This document shows positions 19,559-28,624 of a stretch of 64,000 nucleotides of DNA, in pieces (within the stretch, counting starts at the first letter, position 1; every line of letters begins with the position of its first letter). The notes beneath the pieces are model-generated. The model was not told where the DNA came from and made no database searches. It worked only from the letters and a program-made list of their open reading frames with translations. This stretch comes from Bacilli bacterium. GTDB lineage: Bacteria; Bacillota_I; Bacilli_A; RF39; UBA660. The DNA is taken from NCBI GenBank assembly GCA_022791775.1, contig JAAVZT010000033.1:8356-72355 (forward strand), given 5' to 3'. Position numbers and translations under genes: made by a program.

Positions 19559-20821
19559 TTAACATTTCTTTGGACTTGTAATACATTTCGTACAATCTGA
19601 ATATGCCGTTTTATAATCGGTCCAGTCATCTACTAGAGAAAATAATACATGAATAACAGTTGGAATAAAGAAAATAACAACTCCTGCAATAGCTCGTATA
19701 GCAATTGTTTTAATCGATTTGGATAACTCTTCTGGATTTTGACTCACTACAGCTTTCATAAAATCAATTATTCCAAGAGTAATAATAATAATTGGAATCA
19801 AAAGACGAACGATCATTAAAATCCAACCAACGTATCGCATAGGAACTTTAAAATTTTGAGACTTACAAATTTGGCCTAATGTGATATCCGTCATAGTATA
19901 ACCCAAATCTTCTACTTGAGACCATTTATCATCTTCATTTTGCCCATCATTTCCATCCGTCTTGGCATTTGCTTTATAATGAACCAAATCATTCATAGCA
20001 CCAGTAAACAAATTTTTTTGTACAGCACATACAATCGAACCAGCAGCTACTTCTCCTCCAAACATTTCCTTAGCCTGATTTCGAATACTAAGACTAACAG
20101 ACAACTTACCACAATAAATATCTGTTGGCCATGTTTTTTTCTCAACCACTGGCTTAATAATTTCATTTGTATAATTCTCTATTCCAGAATGAACAAAAAT
20201 GACATTTTGCGTTTGATGAAATAAAATCATTTTTGATGATAAAGAATACTGATTTTGAAAATCATATTTAAAATAAAAAGTTAAATTTCCAAATTGATGA
20301 TCTGATCCTTCAGCATAATAAGTTTTTTTATATTCCTTAACAGATGAAGAAATTTCCATCTCGCCATCTTCCTTTTGAATCAAATCATCTTCTAATGAAG
20401 TTTTATCACTTAATGCAGCCCAAGTAACTGAAGTCAAAACACCTTGATATTTTAAATAATTATCCCGATCGGAATCCCCATAGATTAAATAGTAACCAGC
20501 TACATTTAATTGAGTTGGATTAACGGTCGTAATATTCATGATGTAATCTGGACACCGTTTTAAACTTTGATAATTTGTTTGAACACTATCATCATTTTTA
20601 AAAGAAGAAATAGAACGAGCAGGATTAATTTGATGGCCATCATAATATTGCAATCCAGAAAAAGTTCCATCTTGATAAAAGGTCACATCAACACCTAAAT
20701 ATCCGCCTTCTTTCCCACTATAATATTTACAAACACGATCTATTTCCTTAGCTTGTCCCACAAAAAGAAAACCAAAACATATAACACTCGCAAAAACGAC
20801 TCTTTGAATTATTTTTTTCAT
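19559..20821 (-). CDS. pilin-like hairpin protein B with about 350-aa N-terminal ectodomain
   Basis: Signal peptide MKKIIQRVVFASVICFGFLFVGQA. C-terminus IPIIIITLGIIDFMKAVVSQNPEELSKSIKTIAIRAIAGVVIFFIPTVIHVLFSLVDD...CTKCITSPKKC. Confidence 0.6.
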   Translation of the reverse strand: MKKIIQRVVFASVICFGFLFVGQAKEIDRVCKYYSGKEGGYLGVDVTFYQDGTFSGLQYYDGHQINPARSISSFKNDDSVQTNYQSLKRCPDYIMNITTVNPTQLNVAGYYLIYGDSDRDNYLKYQGVLTSVTWAALSDKTSLEDDLIQKEDGEMEISSSVKEYKKTYYAEGSDHQFGNLTFYFKYDFQNQYSLSSKMILFHQTQNVIFVHSGIENYTNEIIKPVVEKKTWPTDIYCGKLSVSLSIRNQAKEMFGGEVAAGSIVCAVQKNLFTGAMNDLVHYKANAKTDGNDGQNEDDKWSQVEDLGYTMTDITLGQICKSQNFKVPMRYVGWILMIVRLLIPIIIITLGIIDFMKAVVSQNPEELSKSIKTIAIRAIAGVVIFFIPTVIHVLFSLVDDWTDYKTAYSDCTKCITSPKKC

Positions 20822-20910
20822 AAGTATCTCCACTTCTTTTAAAGCTAAATTTATTATAACAAAAATACACACAAGAAACTAGAGAAAAAGAAAAAACAGT
20901 TTTCACTGTT

Positions 20911-21294
20911 TTATTCTCCATCTTCCTCTACGCTACAAAGAGAAGAATTCGGATTGGAAATACATGCCTTACATATATCAAAGTCATCTTTTACTTGTGC
21001 AAAGTTTCCAACAATTCCCATTAATACTCCAACAATAGTTGGAATAAAGAAAATGACAACGGCTGCAATCGCTCTTTTTAACAAAGCATTTGTTGCTTTT
21101 TTAATTTCATCATCTTTAGAAGCAATAACTGCTTTTCCCAAATCGATCATTCCAAAAACAATTAACAAAATAGGAATAACAATTTTAAATACCATTAAAA
21201 CATAACCTAATGTTTGCCAAATACTTGCAGAGGCAGAACAAAAACCTGCTTCAGTTCCTACATCATATCCCAAAAATATTAACTTACTTAACAT
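20911..21294 (-). CDS. minimal VirB2/TrbC-like pilin candidate A (127 aa)
   Basis: Long signal-like N-terminus, then a helix-charged loop-helix hairpin (VIPILLIVFGMIDLGKAVIASKDDEIKKATNALLKRAIAAVVIFFIPTIVGVLMGIV) and a CKACISNPNSSLC tail. Size and topology match VirB2/TrbC pilins. Confidence 0.55.
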   Translation of the reverse strand: MLSKLIFLGYDVGTEAGFCSASASIWQTLGYVLMVFKIVIPILLIVFGMIDLGKAVIASKDDEIKKATNALLKRAIAAVVIFFIPTIVGVLMGIVGNFAQVKDDFDICKACISNPNSSLCSVEEDGE

Positions 21295-21359
21295 ATAATA
21301 TCTCCTTTTTTCTACTTATATCCATATTGTAAAGTCTTGACGTCGTGAAGTCAAGTAAA

Positions 21360-22379
21360 TTATTTAAAAATGTTAAATAATTTACTACCTTTCTCCTGTT
21401 TTTCATCTTCAATTCGCATAAAACCCATTTTTATTAAAAATTCATCTAAAATTTTATGGTGATCCAACTTATCATCTAAATAAGGTAAATTAAAATAAAC
21501 TTTACTTTTCGATTCATATTCAAAATCCTTAATATCTGCTTCATTTAAAACACTACGATTTAAAACAATTTTTTTATCGCGCAATTTTTCAAAAGCACGT
21601 CTATCTTTTCGAATTAATTTATTTAACTTAATCAACCCAGGTTCAATTAAATAAATTACTTCATTACAATGACTAACTGGACCTTTATCATTTAAATCAA
21701 CTAAAATGACTTCATGATTTGCATGTTTAACAATAAATTGAGGTAAATCTGGAGTCGTTGTATGATATAAGGTTTTATCATTAAAATACATAAAATCATT
21801 CTGATCTACTTCCACTGCAATCACATCATACTTAGAAGATAATTGTTTCTTTAATAAATAAGTAAGTGTTGTACTGCCAGCATGATCTGTAATATTTTTA
21901 ATTCCAATTACACGCATAGGTACATTACTAGAAGTATGAGTACTATCTGTATTAGTGACAGGTGGTACCACAGAAACTGGTTCATAGTTACCAACATCAT
22001 TAAGTTGATGGTATTGTGCTACATCCTTATAAGTATTTGGATTATCGATCAAAAACCTTACTGCATCAATATTTCGTGTAAAATTATAAATCCCCATGGA
22101 AACCAATTGAGATAAATAACGCGGACTATTTACAACTTCCGAATCATCTAGTAACAAAATAACTTTACTCATATCCATATTCACAGATAATTCTTGTATC
22201 ATAGAAATATTTTGATAATCCTTAATTGCAGTAATATCTAAAATCATTTTATTAAAATAAAAATTACTAAATGTCGTCACTAGTTCATCCGCTGAAAATA
22301 CACCATTTAAACTTTTAATAATATCAATATCTAATGTAGAAATTAAAGATTGATATTTATTTGATACAATTACATTCAT
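21360..22379 (-). CDS. TadZ/CpaE-like pilus-assembly protein candidate (N-terminal receiver-like domain plus degenerate ParA/MinD fold)
   Basis: IGIKNITDHAGSTTLTYLL lies at the position of a deviant Walker A but lacks the lysines. HEVILVDLND is a Walker B-like hydrophobic strand. Location next to the pilin and platform genes also fits. Confidence 0.35.
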   Translation of the reverse strand: MNVIVSNKYQSLISTLDIDIIKSLNGVFSADELVTTFSNFYFNKMILDITAIKDYQNISMIQELSVNMDMSKVILLLDDSEVVNSPRYLSQLVSMGIYNFTRNIDAVRFLIDNPNTYKDVAQYHQLNDVGNYEPVSVVPPVTNTDSTHTSSNVPMRVIGIKNITDHAGSTTLTYLLKKQLSSKYDVIAVEVDQNDFMYFNDKTLYHTTTPDLPQFIVKHANHEVILVDLNDKGPVSHCNEVIYLIEPGLIKLNKLIRKDRRAFEKLRDKKIVLNRSVLNEADIKDFEYESKSKVYFNLPYLDDKLDHHKILDEFLIKMGFMRIEDEKQEKGSKLFNIFK

Positions 22380-22401
22380 AATACAACTCCCTTTCTAAAA
22401 A

Positions 22402-22887
22402 TTAATTTAAAATAACTGGTACATCATCTTTTGGAAAATTAATGTCAATAGTTGAGCCAGATACATGAAATGTAAATAAATCCCCAATAATTGGCAAATT
22501 AAATTGAAAAAATGTATCGATTTCATATCTTGCTCTATTTCGAAAAGAACTATCGCTTGTATTAATCTTTTTGACGCAATAATAATATTTTACTCCACTA
22601 CTTGCTCGCACCAAAGAAGCATCATCTAAAGATACAGCTCCATAAGTATCCGTCGGACAATTTCCTTTCGCTTGATAATGATAATACCGTAAATAGTTAT
22701 TAATAAGTGAAACGCTCTTATTTTCTCCTGACATAACTCCTTCGTACTTCTCAATAATAGAAAGCATCTCATTTTTAATTTTAAAAGCCTTGGTATAATT
22801 AATTGACAAAGCTAAAAAACCAACAAAAATCAACATAAATAGGATAACTAATTGCAAAATCCATGTAGAACCGATTGCTTGTCTCAT
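22402..22887 (-). CDS. TadE/pseudopilin-like protein 1
   Basis: N-terminus MRQAIGSTWILQLVILFMLIFVGFLALSIN (short polar leader, Gly, hydrophobic helix), then a roughly 120-aa globular domain. Paralog of the next gene. Confidence 0.4.
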   Translation of the reverse strand: MRQAIGSTWILQLVILFMLIFVGFLALSINYTKAFKIKNEMLSIIEKYEGVMSGENKSVSLINNYLRYYHYQAKGNCPTDTYGAVSLDDASLVRASSGVKYYYCVKKINTSDSSFRNRARYEIDTFFQFNLPIIGDLFTFHVSGSTIDINFPKDDVPVILN

Positions 22888-22891
22888 TTTC

Positions 22892-23410
22892 TCACCTACT
22901 TACACTCATAACTTTGGTATCACCTGTTAAAGAAAACATAAATAATTCATTAAAAACAGGTAAATCTAGCTGATAAAATACAACAACTCGATAATAACGC
23001 ATATTTGGTAATTCTTGAACCTGTTGCGGAATATCAGAACCATTTTTATCTCCCATTTTAACCTCTGCCAAACAAAAAGCTGGATTCGTCTTATCTTTCT
23101 TTCCTTCTCGATTATATCCTTGATAAACAATTTCTAATTTATTTTTAGAACTAGTTACATCTGCTGGACACTTACCCGTCGTTCGATAAGAAGAATGTTT
23201 TAAAATATTAGCAATTTCTTCTAATACAACACTTCCACTACTATCCGTACTAAGATCCACTCCATTATAACGTTCAATTACTTCTAGAATTTCACTTTTA
23301 ACACCATATGCTTTGGAATGGTTAATAGTTAAACACATAAATCCCGTAAAAAGCAAAATGAAAAAAATGACAATTTGAAATAACCAAGTTCCACCTATTG
23401 CTTCTCTCAA
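22892..23410 (-). CDS. TadE/pseudopilin-like protein 2
   Basis: N-terminus MREAIGGTWLFQIVIFFILLFTGFMCLTIN. Same architecture as the previous gene. Confidence 0.4.
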   Translation of the reverse strand: MREAIGGTWLFQIVIFFILLFTGFMCLTINHSKAYGVKSEILEVIERYNGVDLSTDSSGSVVLEEIANILKHSSYRTTGKCPADVTSSKNKLEIVYQGYNREGKKDKTNPAFCLAEVKMGDKNGSDIPQQVQELPNMRYYRVVVFYQLDLPVFNELFMFSLTGDTKVMSVSR

Positions 23411-23429
23411 AAATCATCACCCATTTCTA

Positions 23430-23660
23430 TTAACCTTTCCAAACGCATGTGAATTTCTCAGATCTTCGTCCTTTATAATAACAGTCCACAGTTCCATCTG
23501 CATTTGGTTTTTTTTCACATATAGCATCACTGCATTTGGTTGTTCTCGCCATATTATTCCGAATCATTGGCCAGATAATCGTAAAGAAAAAAGCTGCTAG
23601 AATAGCGACCACTATTATTACAAAAACAGTCATATTAAGTTCTCCAGTAGCTTCTTTCAT
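23430..23660 (-). CDS. Flp-size pilin-like protein 1 (76 aa) with Cys-rich C-terminus
   Basis: MKEATGELNMTV leader, then a hydrophobic helix (FVIIVVAILAAFFFTIIWPMI), then a tail with 5 Cys. Confidence 0.4.
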   Translation of the reverse strand: MKEATGELNMTVFVIIVVAILAAFFFTIIWPMIRNNMARTTKCSDAICEKKPNADGTVDCYYKGRRSEKFTCVWKG

Positions 23661-23688
23661 ATATTATCTTTCACCTACGATTTCCTTA

Positions 23689-23928
23689 TTATTTATTATT
23701 GTTATTTGGACAAGTAACTTTTTCACTTACACCTTTTTCATTCAAATATTGACAAGTACAAGTATTTCCTTTACTACAATCACAATTTGTAACATTTGCA
23801 CATTTAGTACTATTTAAAATATTAGTCTTAATACTTGGCCATATAAATGCATAAAAGAATGCGGCTACAGCAGCAATTGCCACAACAGTAACAACTGTCA
23901 TATTTAATTCTCCGGTTGCTTCTTTCAC
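23689..23928 (-). CDS. Flp-size pilin-like protein 2 (79 aa) with Cys-rich C-terminus
   Basis: GTG start. KEATGELNMTV is identical to its paralog although the DNA differs at synonymous sites. Hydrophobic helix, then a tail with 7 Cys. Confidence 0.4.
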   Translation of the reverse strand: MKEATGELNMTVVTVVAIAAVAAFFYAFIWPSIKTNILNSTKCANVTNCDCSKGNTCTCQYLNEKGVSEKVTCPNNNNK

Positions 23929-23989
23929 GAATAGACCCTCCTTTACTATATTTTTATTATAACTGGTTCTTCTAAAAATATCAATTCAT

Positions 23990-24778
23990 TTACATATTCA
24001 TTAACATAAGTACAGCTAAAATCAATAAAACCATTACACCCAAACCAGTCGCAATTAACATATGCATGGTTTTTCCTTCCATTTTCTCCAAACGTTCTTT
24101 ATATTTAATCTCTCTCGCCTTTTGTTGCAAATTAGAAATCGTCTTCGAAAATGCTAATAATTGTTCTTGTTTATGTTCTTGTCTTCCAAGACTCAAACGA
24201 TATAACAAACGCATCATTCGCATAGAATCACGCACAGGATACGTTTTAGCAAAATTCATGTATGGATCAATTCGGTCATTTCCCGCATTAATCTCATTAA
24301 TCATTTCCTGAAGTCCCTCTTTAAAAATAGATGGTGCATCTTCAATAGATTTACCAAGAGCCACAGGAACAGTATAATGTTGAATTAAAATTTCTAAACT
24401 TTTTAAATAATGCGGTAACATCGAATCAATTTCATGTAAATGAGCTTTATAATATTTCTTTAAATTGGAATAATCCATTTTAAAAACTAAATATCCTCCA
24501 ATTAAAGAAAAAATTATTGTAATATAACTAATTTTACTAAGAAAGAAAAATACTAAAACTAAAATTGTCAATAACCCATTTTGAATTCGTTTATTAAAAA
24601 GGAAATCAGGATTTACTCCATCGCCATATTTTGCTTTAACATAAAAGTCCCAATCTGACTCTTTTAATTTTCGAAAATAAACTTCATTATCCGCTACAAA
24701 ACGATTTGCACTAATTCGTCCTGTATAATTTAAAAGAAATAAAATAATCGCTCCCAAAATAAATATTTCAAAATACAT
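23990..24778 (-). CDS. TadC-like pilus platform membrane protein (single T2SS-F-type domain)
   Basis: N-terminal TM, a paired TM, a roughly 130-aa cytoplasmic domain and a C-terminal TM. Adjacent to a second similar protein and the secretion ATPase. Confidence 0.45.
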   Translation of the reverse strand: MYFEIFILGAIILFLLNYTGRISANRFVADNEVYFRKLKESDWDFYVKAKYGDGVNPDFLFNKRIQNGLLTILVLVFFFLSKISYITIIFSLIGGYLVFKMDYSNLKKYYKAHLHEIDSMLPHYLKSLEILIQHYTVPVALGKSIEDAPSIFKEGLQEMINEINAGNDRIDPYMNFAKTYPVRDSMRMMRLLYRLSLGRQEHKQEQLLAFSKTISNLQQKAREIKYKERLEKMEGKTMHMLIATGLGVMVLLILAVLMLMNM

Positions 24779-24780
24779 AA

Positions 24781-25674
24781 TTATTCAACCCCCACATCTT
24801 CATAATAGAATTTCTCTCCCGTTATCAAAAAATAACAATTCACTACAATAATAATGTGAAGAATTAATTGTACATACCACATATCAAGCATCTCAATATA
24901 ACTATCGGTCCCCAGTAAAAATTGCATTGCCATAACGAGTAAAAATAATGCCAAACCAAAAGTAACAAATCGCTTGTGAAAATCAGCACGATCAATTTGA
25001 TCTCGGTATACACCTTCAACCAAAGCATCGATATCCATCGACATATTTTCCAAAGCTTCTCCTGAATCCTTGGCCCCTTCTTTAGTAATTTGTAAAAATA
25101 ATTGATTCATATTCTTAACCATATAATACGGATATTTTTCATTAAAATAAACGACTGACTCATCTATCGTTCCGTTTTGATATGACATATCGATCATAGT
25201 TTTAACATCTGATAAAACGGGATCTTCTAAAATACCTGAATCCCGAACGCCTTCCAGCGATTTTACAAAACTTTGCGTTGTATTAAATTCCATAATTACA
25301 TTCGTTGTATAAATTTGAATCTGTTCAAAAATAAATTCACTGTATACTTTTTGACATCTTAAATAAGCCAAATAAGGAATAAATGCTACTGCAATTGCAC
25401 CATACATTATTGCAATTAAAATATTATAAAAATACAAATAAGAAATTCCTCCAGCTACTCCAGCAAAAATGATAACTTGCGTTGCATATTGCTTTGGTGT
25501 GTACTCCTGGCCTAATTCTTTTGTTTTTGCTCGTACTTCTTTAAAACTATAGGGCGCATATTTATTATAAGCATTAGAAACCTGGGTAATAAAGAAACGA
25601 TATACATTCTCCCCATTATTTCTTCGATAAGAAATAACAAAAATGGCTATAATAATCAGAATGATTAGTTCCAT
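24781..25674 (-). CDS. TadB-like pilus platform membrane protein (single T2SS-F-type domain)
   Basis: Same topology class as the previous gene. The pair of about 260- and 300-aa single-domain platform proteins matches the TadB/TadC pattern rather than ComGB/PilC. Confidence 0.45.
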   Translation of the reverse strand: MELIILIIIAIFVISYRRNNGENVYRFFITQVSNAYNKYAPYSFKEVRAKTKELGQEYTPKQYATQVIIFAGVAGGISYLYFYNILIAIMYGAIAVAFIPYLAYLRCQKVYSEFIFEQIQIYTTNVIMEFNTTQSFVKSLEGVRDSGILEDPVLSDVKTMIDMSYQNGTIDESVVYFNEKYPYYMVKNMNQLFLQITKEGAKDSGEALENMSMDIDALVEGVYRDQIDRADFHKRFVTFGLALFLLVMAMQFLLGTDSYIEMLDMWYVQLILHIIIVVNCYFLITGEKFYYEDVGVE

Positions 25675-25688
25675 AACTAAACCTCTTT

Positions 25689-26798
25689 CTACAATGTTTC
25701 CATTGCTGTATTTTGTTCCCCTGCTTCCATACTGGCTCTTTCATCTAAATGAAAGATATCTGAAGGTAATGTAACACCCTGAATACCCAAATAATCTCGC
25801 AAATATTTCGTCGGATTATTCATCACTAATTCTCCAGTTAAATTCTTTCGAAAAATCGTATTCACTTGGGGTCTATTATCTTCATCTACATAAAATTCAC
25901 AAACTTCCATAATTTCACGTTGAAATCTACCCAGTTCTTTACTTAAATAACCTTTTACATATATCCCAATTTGTACATAACGATGAATGGTAGTTAAAAA
26001 TTGATCTACATCCAAATTAGATTCCAACAAACTAAACATACGAAGTGGAATCAAACTTGCTTTATCAGAATGGATGGTTGATATAATATGATGCCCTGAA
26101 GAAATCGAATTTCGAACAGCTGTAACAGCTTCTGCACTACGTACCTCAGAAAGCAAAATCCAAATTGGATTCTGCCGCATACAGGTAACCAATACTTCTG
26201 AATAACTTGCAATATTATTTGTTTTCATTGCAACAATATCTCGGTGAGGAAAAATTTTATCTAAATGAAGTTCTAATGTATCTTCAATGGTAATAATCTT
26301 TTCATTTTCCTTCGTATGACTTGCCAAATATTTAACTAATTCAGTTTTACCAGAACCAGTTTCACCACTCACTATAATATTGGCATGTCCTTGAACACAA
26401 CTTAACAAAAAGTTTAGAATTTCTTCTGAAACATATTTTTCATCCAACAATTTTTCACGATTTAATCTTATCTTTGCTGGCGTTTTACGAATTACACAAG
26501 CAATTCCATTTGTAGCAATTGAATCATGCACAAAATTAAGACGCAACTCGGCACTTTCCGCATCAAGAAAAGGATGAGCCATATTGAAGGTCTTTCCCAT
26601 AACATTAGCACATTGAAATGCTAATTTCTCCATCAAGGGATCATTGATATCGGGCCTGTCAACTTGATAAACACCTTTATCCAAAGTTTTTAGCCAAACG
26701 CGACCATTATTACTATACGAAATATCAGTTATATTATCATCAACCAAAAAATCATTCAATGGTCCAAAATCAATTTGCGAAAAGACAGCTTCATGCAT
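25689..26798 (-). CDS. VirB11/TadA(CpaF)-family secretion ATPase
   Basis: Walker A IIVSGETGSGKTELV, Asp box ITIEDTLEL and His box RQNPIWILLSEVRSAEAVTAVRNSISSGHHIISTIHS. 369 aa. Confidence 0.85.
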   Translation of the reverse strand: MHEAVFSQIDFGPLNDFLVDDNITDISYSNNGRVWLKTLDKGVYQVDRPDINDPLMEKLAFQCANVMGKTFNMAHPFLDAESAELRLNFVHDSIATNGIACVIRKTPAKIRLNREKLLDEKYVSEEILNFLLSCVQGHANIIVSGETGSGKTELVKYLASHTKENEKIITIEDTLELHLDKIFPHRDIVAMKTNNIASYSEVLVTCMRQNPIWILLSEVRSAEAVTAVRNSISSGHHIISTIHSDKASLIPLRMFSLLESNLDVDQFLTTIHRYVQIGIYVKGYLSKELGRFQREIMEVCEFYVDEDNRPQVNTIFRKNLTGELVMNNPTKYLRDYLGIQGVTLPSDIFHLDERASMEAGEQNTAMETL

Positions 26799-26812
26799 AT
26801 GCTCATCCCCTT

Positions 26813-27667
26813 TTATTCATTTGTATTATTATTATTATTATTATCGTTATTTATATTTCCGGAATTTATTGTATTATTAGGTGCTCCCTCTGGAATAACG
26901 ACAGATTGTGACAAGATAAAATCTTGAATATAAGCACTTGACACTCTAGTTTCTCCAGGATTTGCTGAATAAGAAGCATTTCTTGGCACTGGAATTATTT
27001 CAACACTGTTTCCAGAAATGTAATTTGCTTTCTTTAATAAACTAAACATATCATCTGGAACTGCAAATACCAATACAGCAGGAATACGTGCCTCAACCGA
27101 AGTTTCAAATACATGTTGTCCTTCTGAATCACGTACATCTAATACTTCAATACTTTCAATTAATTTACCAAAAATAATCTTTCGATTTTCATCAAATCCT
27201 TTAAAATACAAATCAATGTAATTACCTGGATAAATAGAATTTCCATAAGTAGAATTAATATCCACATCTAAATAAATAATTGTATATCCATCCGGGATAT
27301 TACTAATCGCAAAATCAGGAGTGTTAGCTGCATCTGTAATTTGCTCTGTATAGAAAAAACCATTTTGCGGAATCATATTCCCATATTGAACTTGCTTTCC
27401 AACTAATTGACTAGCATTCTGAATTAAATTTTTACTTTTACTAACTACTTCTCTAGATACCTCCATATATCCAATATCTTCCAATGTTATTTCATGTCTT
27501 GAAATAAGTTGATTTTTAGCATAAGGAATTTGAACTGGATCGGTAGCTTGTTTTACTCTCCAAGTATATCCTATATAAAGTACTAAAATTCCCGCAATAA
27601 CTCCGATGATCGTTACTGTATTCTTATTTCCTAAAAATCGTTTAATTGATGTTAAAACATTTCCCAT
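26813..27667 (-). CDS. CpaB/RcpC-like (SAF-domain) pilus assembly protein candidate with poly-Asn C-terminal tail
   Basis: N-terminal TM then a SAF-like region (LISRHEITLEDIGYMEVSREVV). C-terminal NNDNNNNNNTNE is encoded by an (ATT)n run. Confidence 0.4.
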   Translation of the reverse strand: MGNVLTSIKRFLGNKNTVTIIGVIAGILVLYIGYTWRVKQATDPVQIPYAKNQLISRHEITLEDIGYMEVSREVVSKSKNLIQNASQLVGKQVQYGNMIPQNGFFYTEQITDAANTPDFAISNIPDGYTIIYLDVDINSTYGNSIYPGNYIDLYFKGFDENRKIIFGKLIESIEVLDVRDSEGQHVFETSVEARIPAVLVFAVPDDMFSLLKKANYISGNSVEIIPVPRNASYSANPGETRVSSAYIQDFILSQSVVIPEGAPNNTINSGNINNDNNNNNNTNE

Positions 27668-27724
27668 TTTTTATTCTTCCTTCCTATGCTCTATGTTTTT
27701 CATTTATTTTATCGATTACGAATT

Positions 27725-28612
27725 CTATCTATTATTAATAATATCACGTATATCTGGAATATTTCCCTTTAAATAAGGTCTAATTCTACTGATAATAACT
27801 AATTTTTCTCGCTCTGTAAATGTAATACCATAATCTTGTTCAAAATCTTCGATAAATTTACTTTCTTTATTTGGTCGATGAAGAGGAAAGCATCTGTTTA
27901 AAATAGAAACAGAATTACTATAATACAAATCTCCACTAATTGTTCCAGAATTAGATCCTGTAGTTGAATTATCTTCCCGATCTCCACTAGAATTATTTGA
28001 ACTAAGACCTGGACACCAAAAATAACGATTTAAATTTTCAGAAAGATAAGCCAAAAGTTGTCTTTCTGTTGGAATACGACTTATATTTGGATTATAAATA
28101 TAAGATAAGTTATCATCAGACCCCGAATTATCTAAACTTGGAGGTGTTCCAGTAGAAGGTGTCACATTATTCGGACGTGTAGCATTTTCCATAACACTAC
28201 TTCCATTTGATGCCCCATTTAATTCTAATACAGCATCAATTTTTTCTACAATATCAAAACTAGTTGAATCTCCCATTACACGATAAGTGCCACTTTTGGT
28301 TGTAACTTTCACGCTGGCTTTTGGAGGAGCTTCATAAATATCATAAAAATCTATTTGATAAGTATTAATTGAAGCATTCTCCGCAAATCTTCGCAAGAAA
28401 TTCTCTACAAATTTCTCGCGATTAATTCGAAGTTCTGAGAATTGACGATAATAACTATAATCAATAGCATCTACCATTGCGGCTTCCGTAACATCTTTGA
28501 TCATATAATAATCTTGTGTACTAGAAGAGGTAACATTAGAAACTAACATCATAATGACTACAACGAAAATTCCCAATAGGATAATCCAATATCCCCATAA
28601 AGATTCTTTCAT
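27725..28612 (-). CDS. pseudopilin-like membrane-anchored protein (295 aa)
   Basis: N-terminus MKESLWGYWIILLGIFVVVIMMLV shares the short polar leader, Gly-x-Trp and hydrophobic helix pattern of the TadE-like pair. Confidence 0.35.
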   Translation of the reverse strand: MKESLWGYWIILLGIFVVVIMMLVSNVTSSSTQDYYMIKDVTEAAMVDAIDYSYYRQFSELRINREKFVENFLRRFAENASINTYQIDFYDIYEAPPKASVKVTTKSGTYRVMGDSTSFDIVEKIDAVLELNGASNGSSVMENATRPNNVTPSTGTPPSLDNSGSDDNLSYIYNPNISRIPTERQLLAYLSENLNRYFWCPGLSSNNSSGDREDNSTTGSNSGTISGDLYYSNSVSILNRCFPLHRPNKESKFIEDFEQDYGITFTEREKLVIISRIRPYLKGNIPDIRDIINNR

Positions 28613-28624
28613 CTAACTCCCCTC

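Noticed and set aside
21360-28612. Interpretation of the ATPase, platform and small-protein genes as the SpoIIIA feeding-tube operon or as a ComG competence pseudopilus
   Set aside because: Gene number, sizes and order do not match spoIIIAA-AH. ComGB/PilC-type platforms are single proteins of about 340 to 400 aa with two T2SSF domains, whereas here there are two separate single-domain proteins of about 260 to 300 aa. The pilin candidates are Flp-size, and the module is contiguous with VirB4, VirD4 and VirB6 genes.
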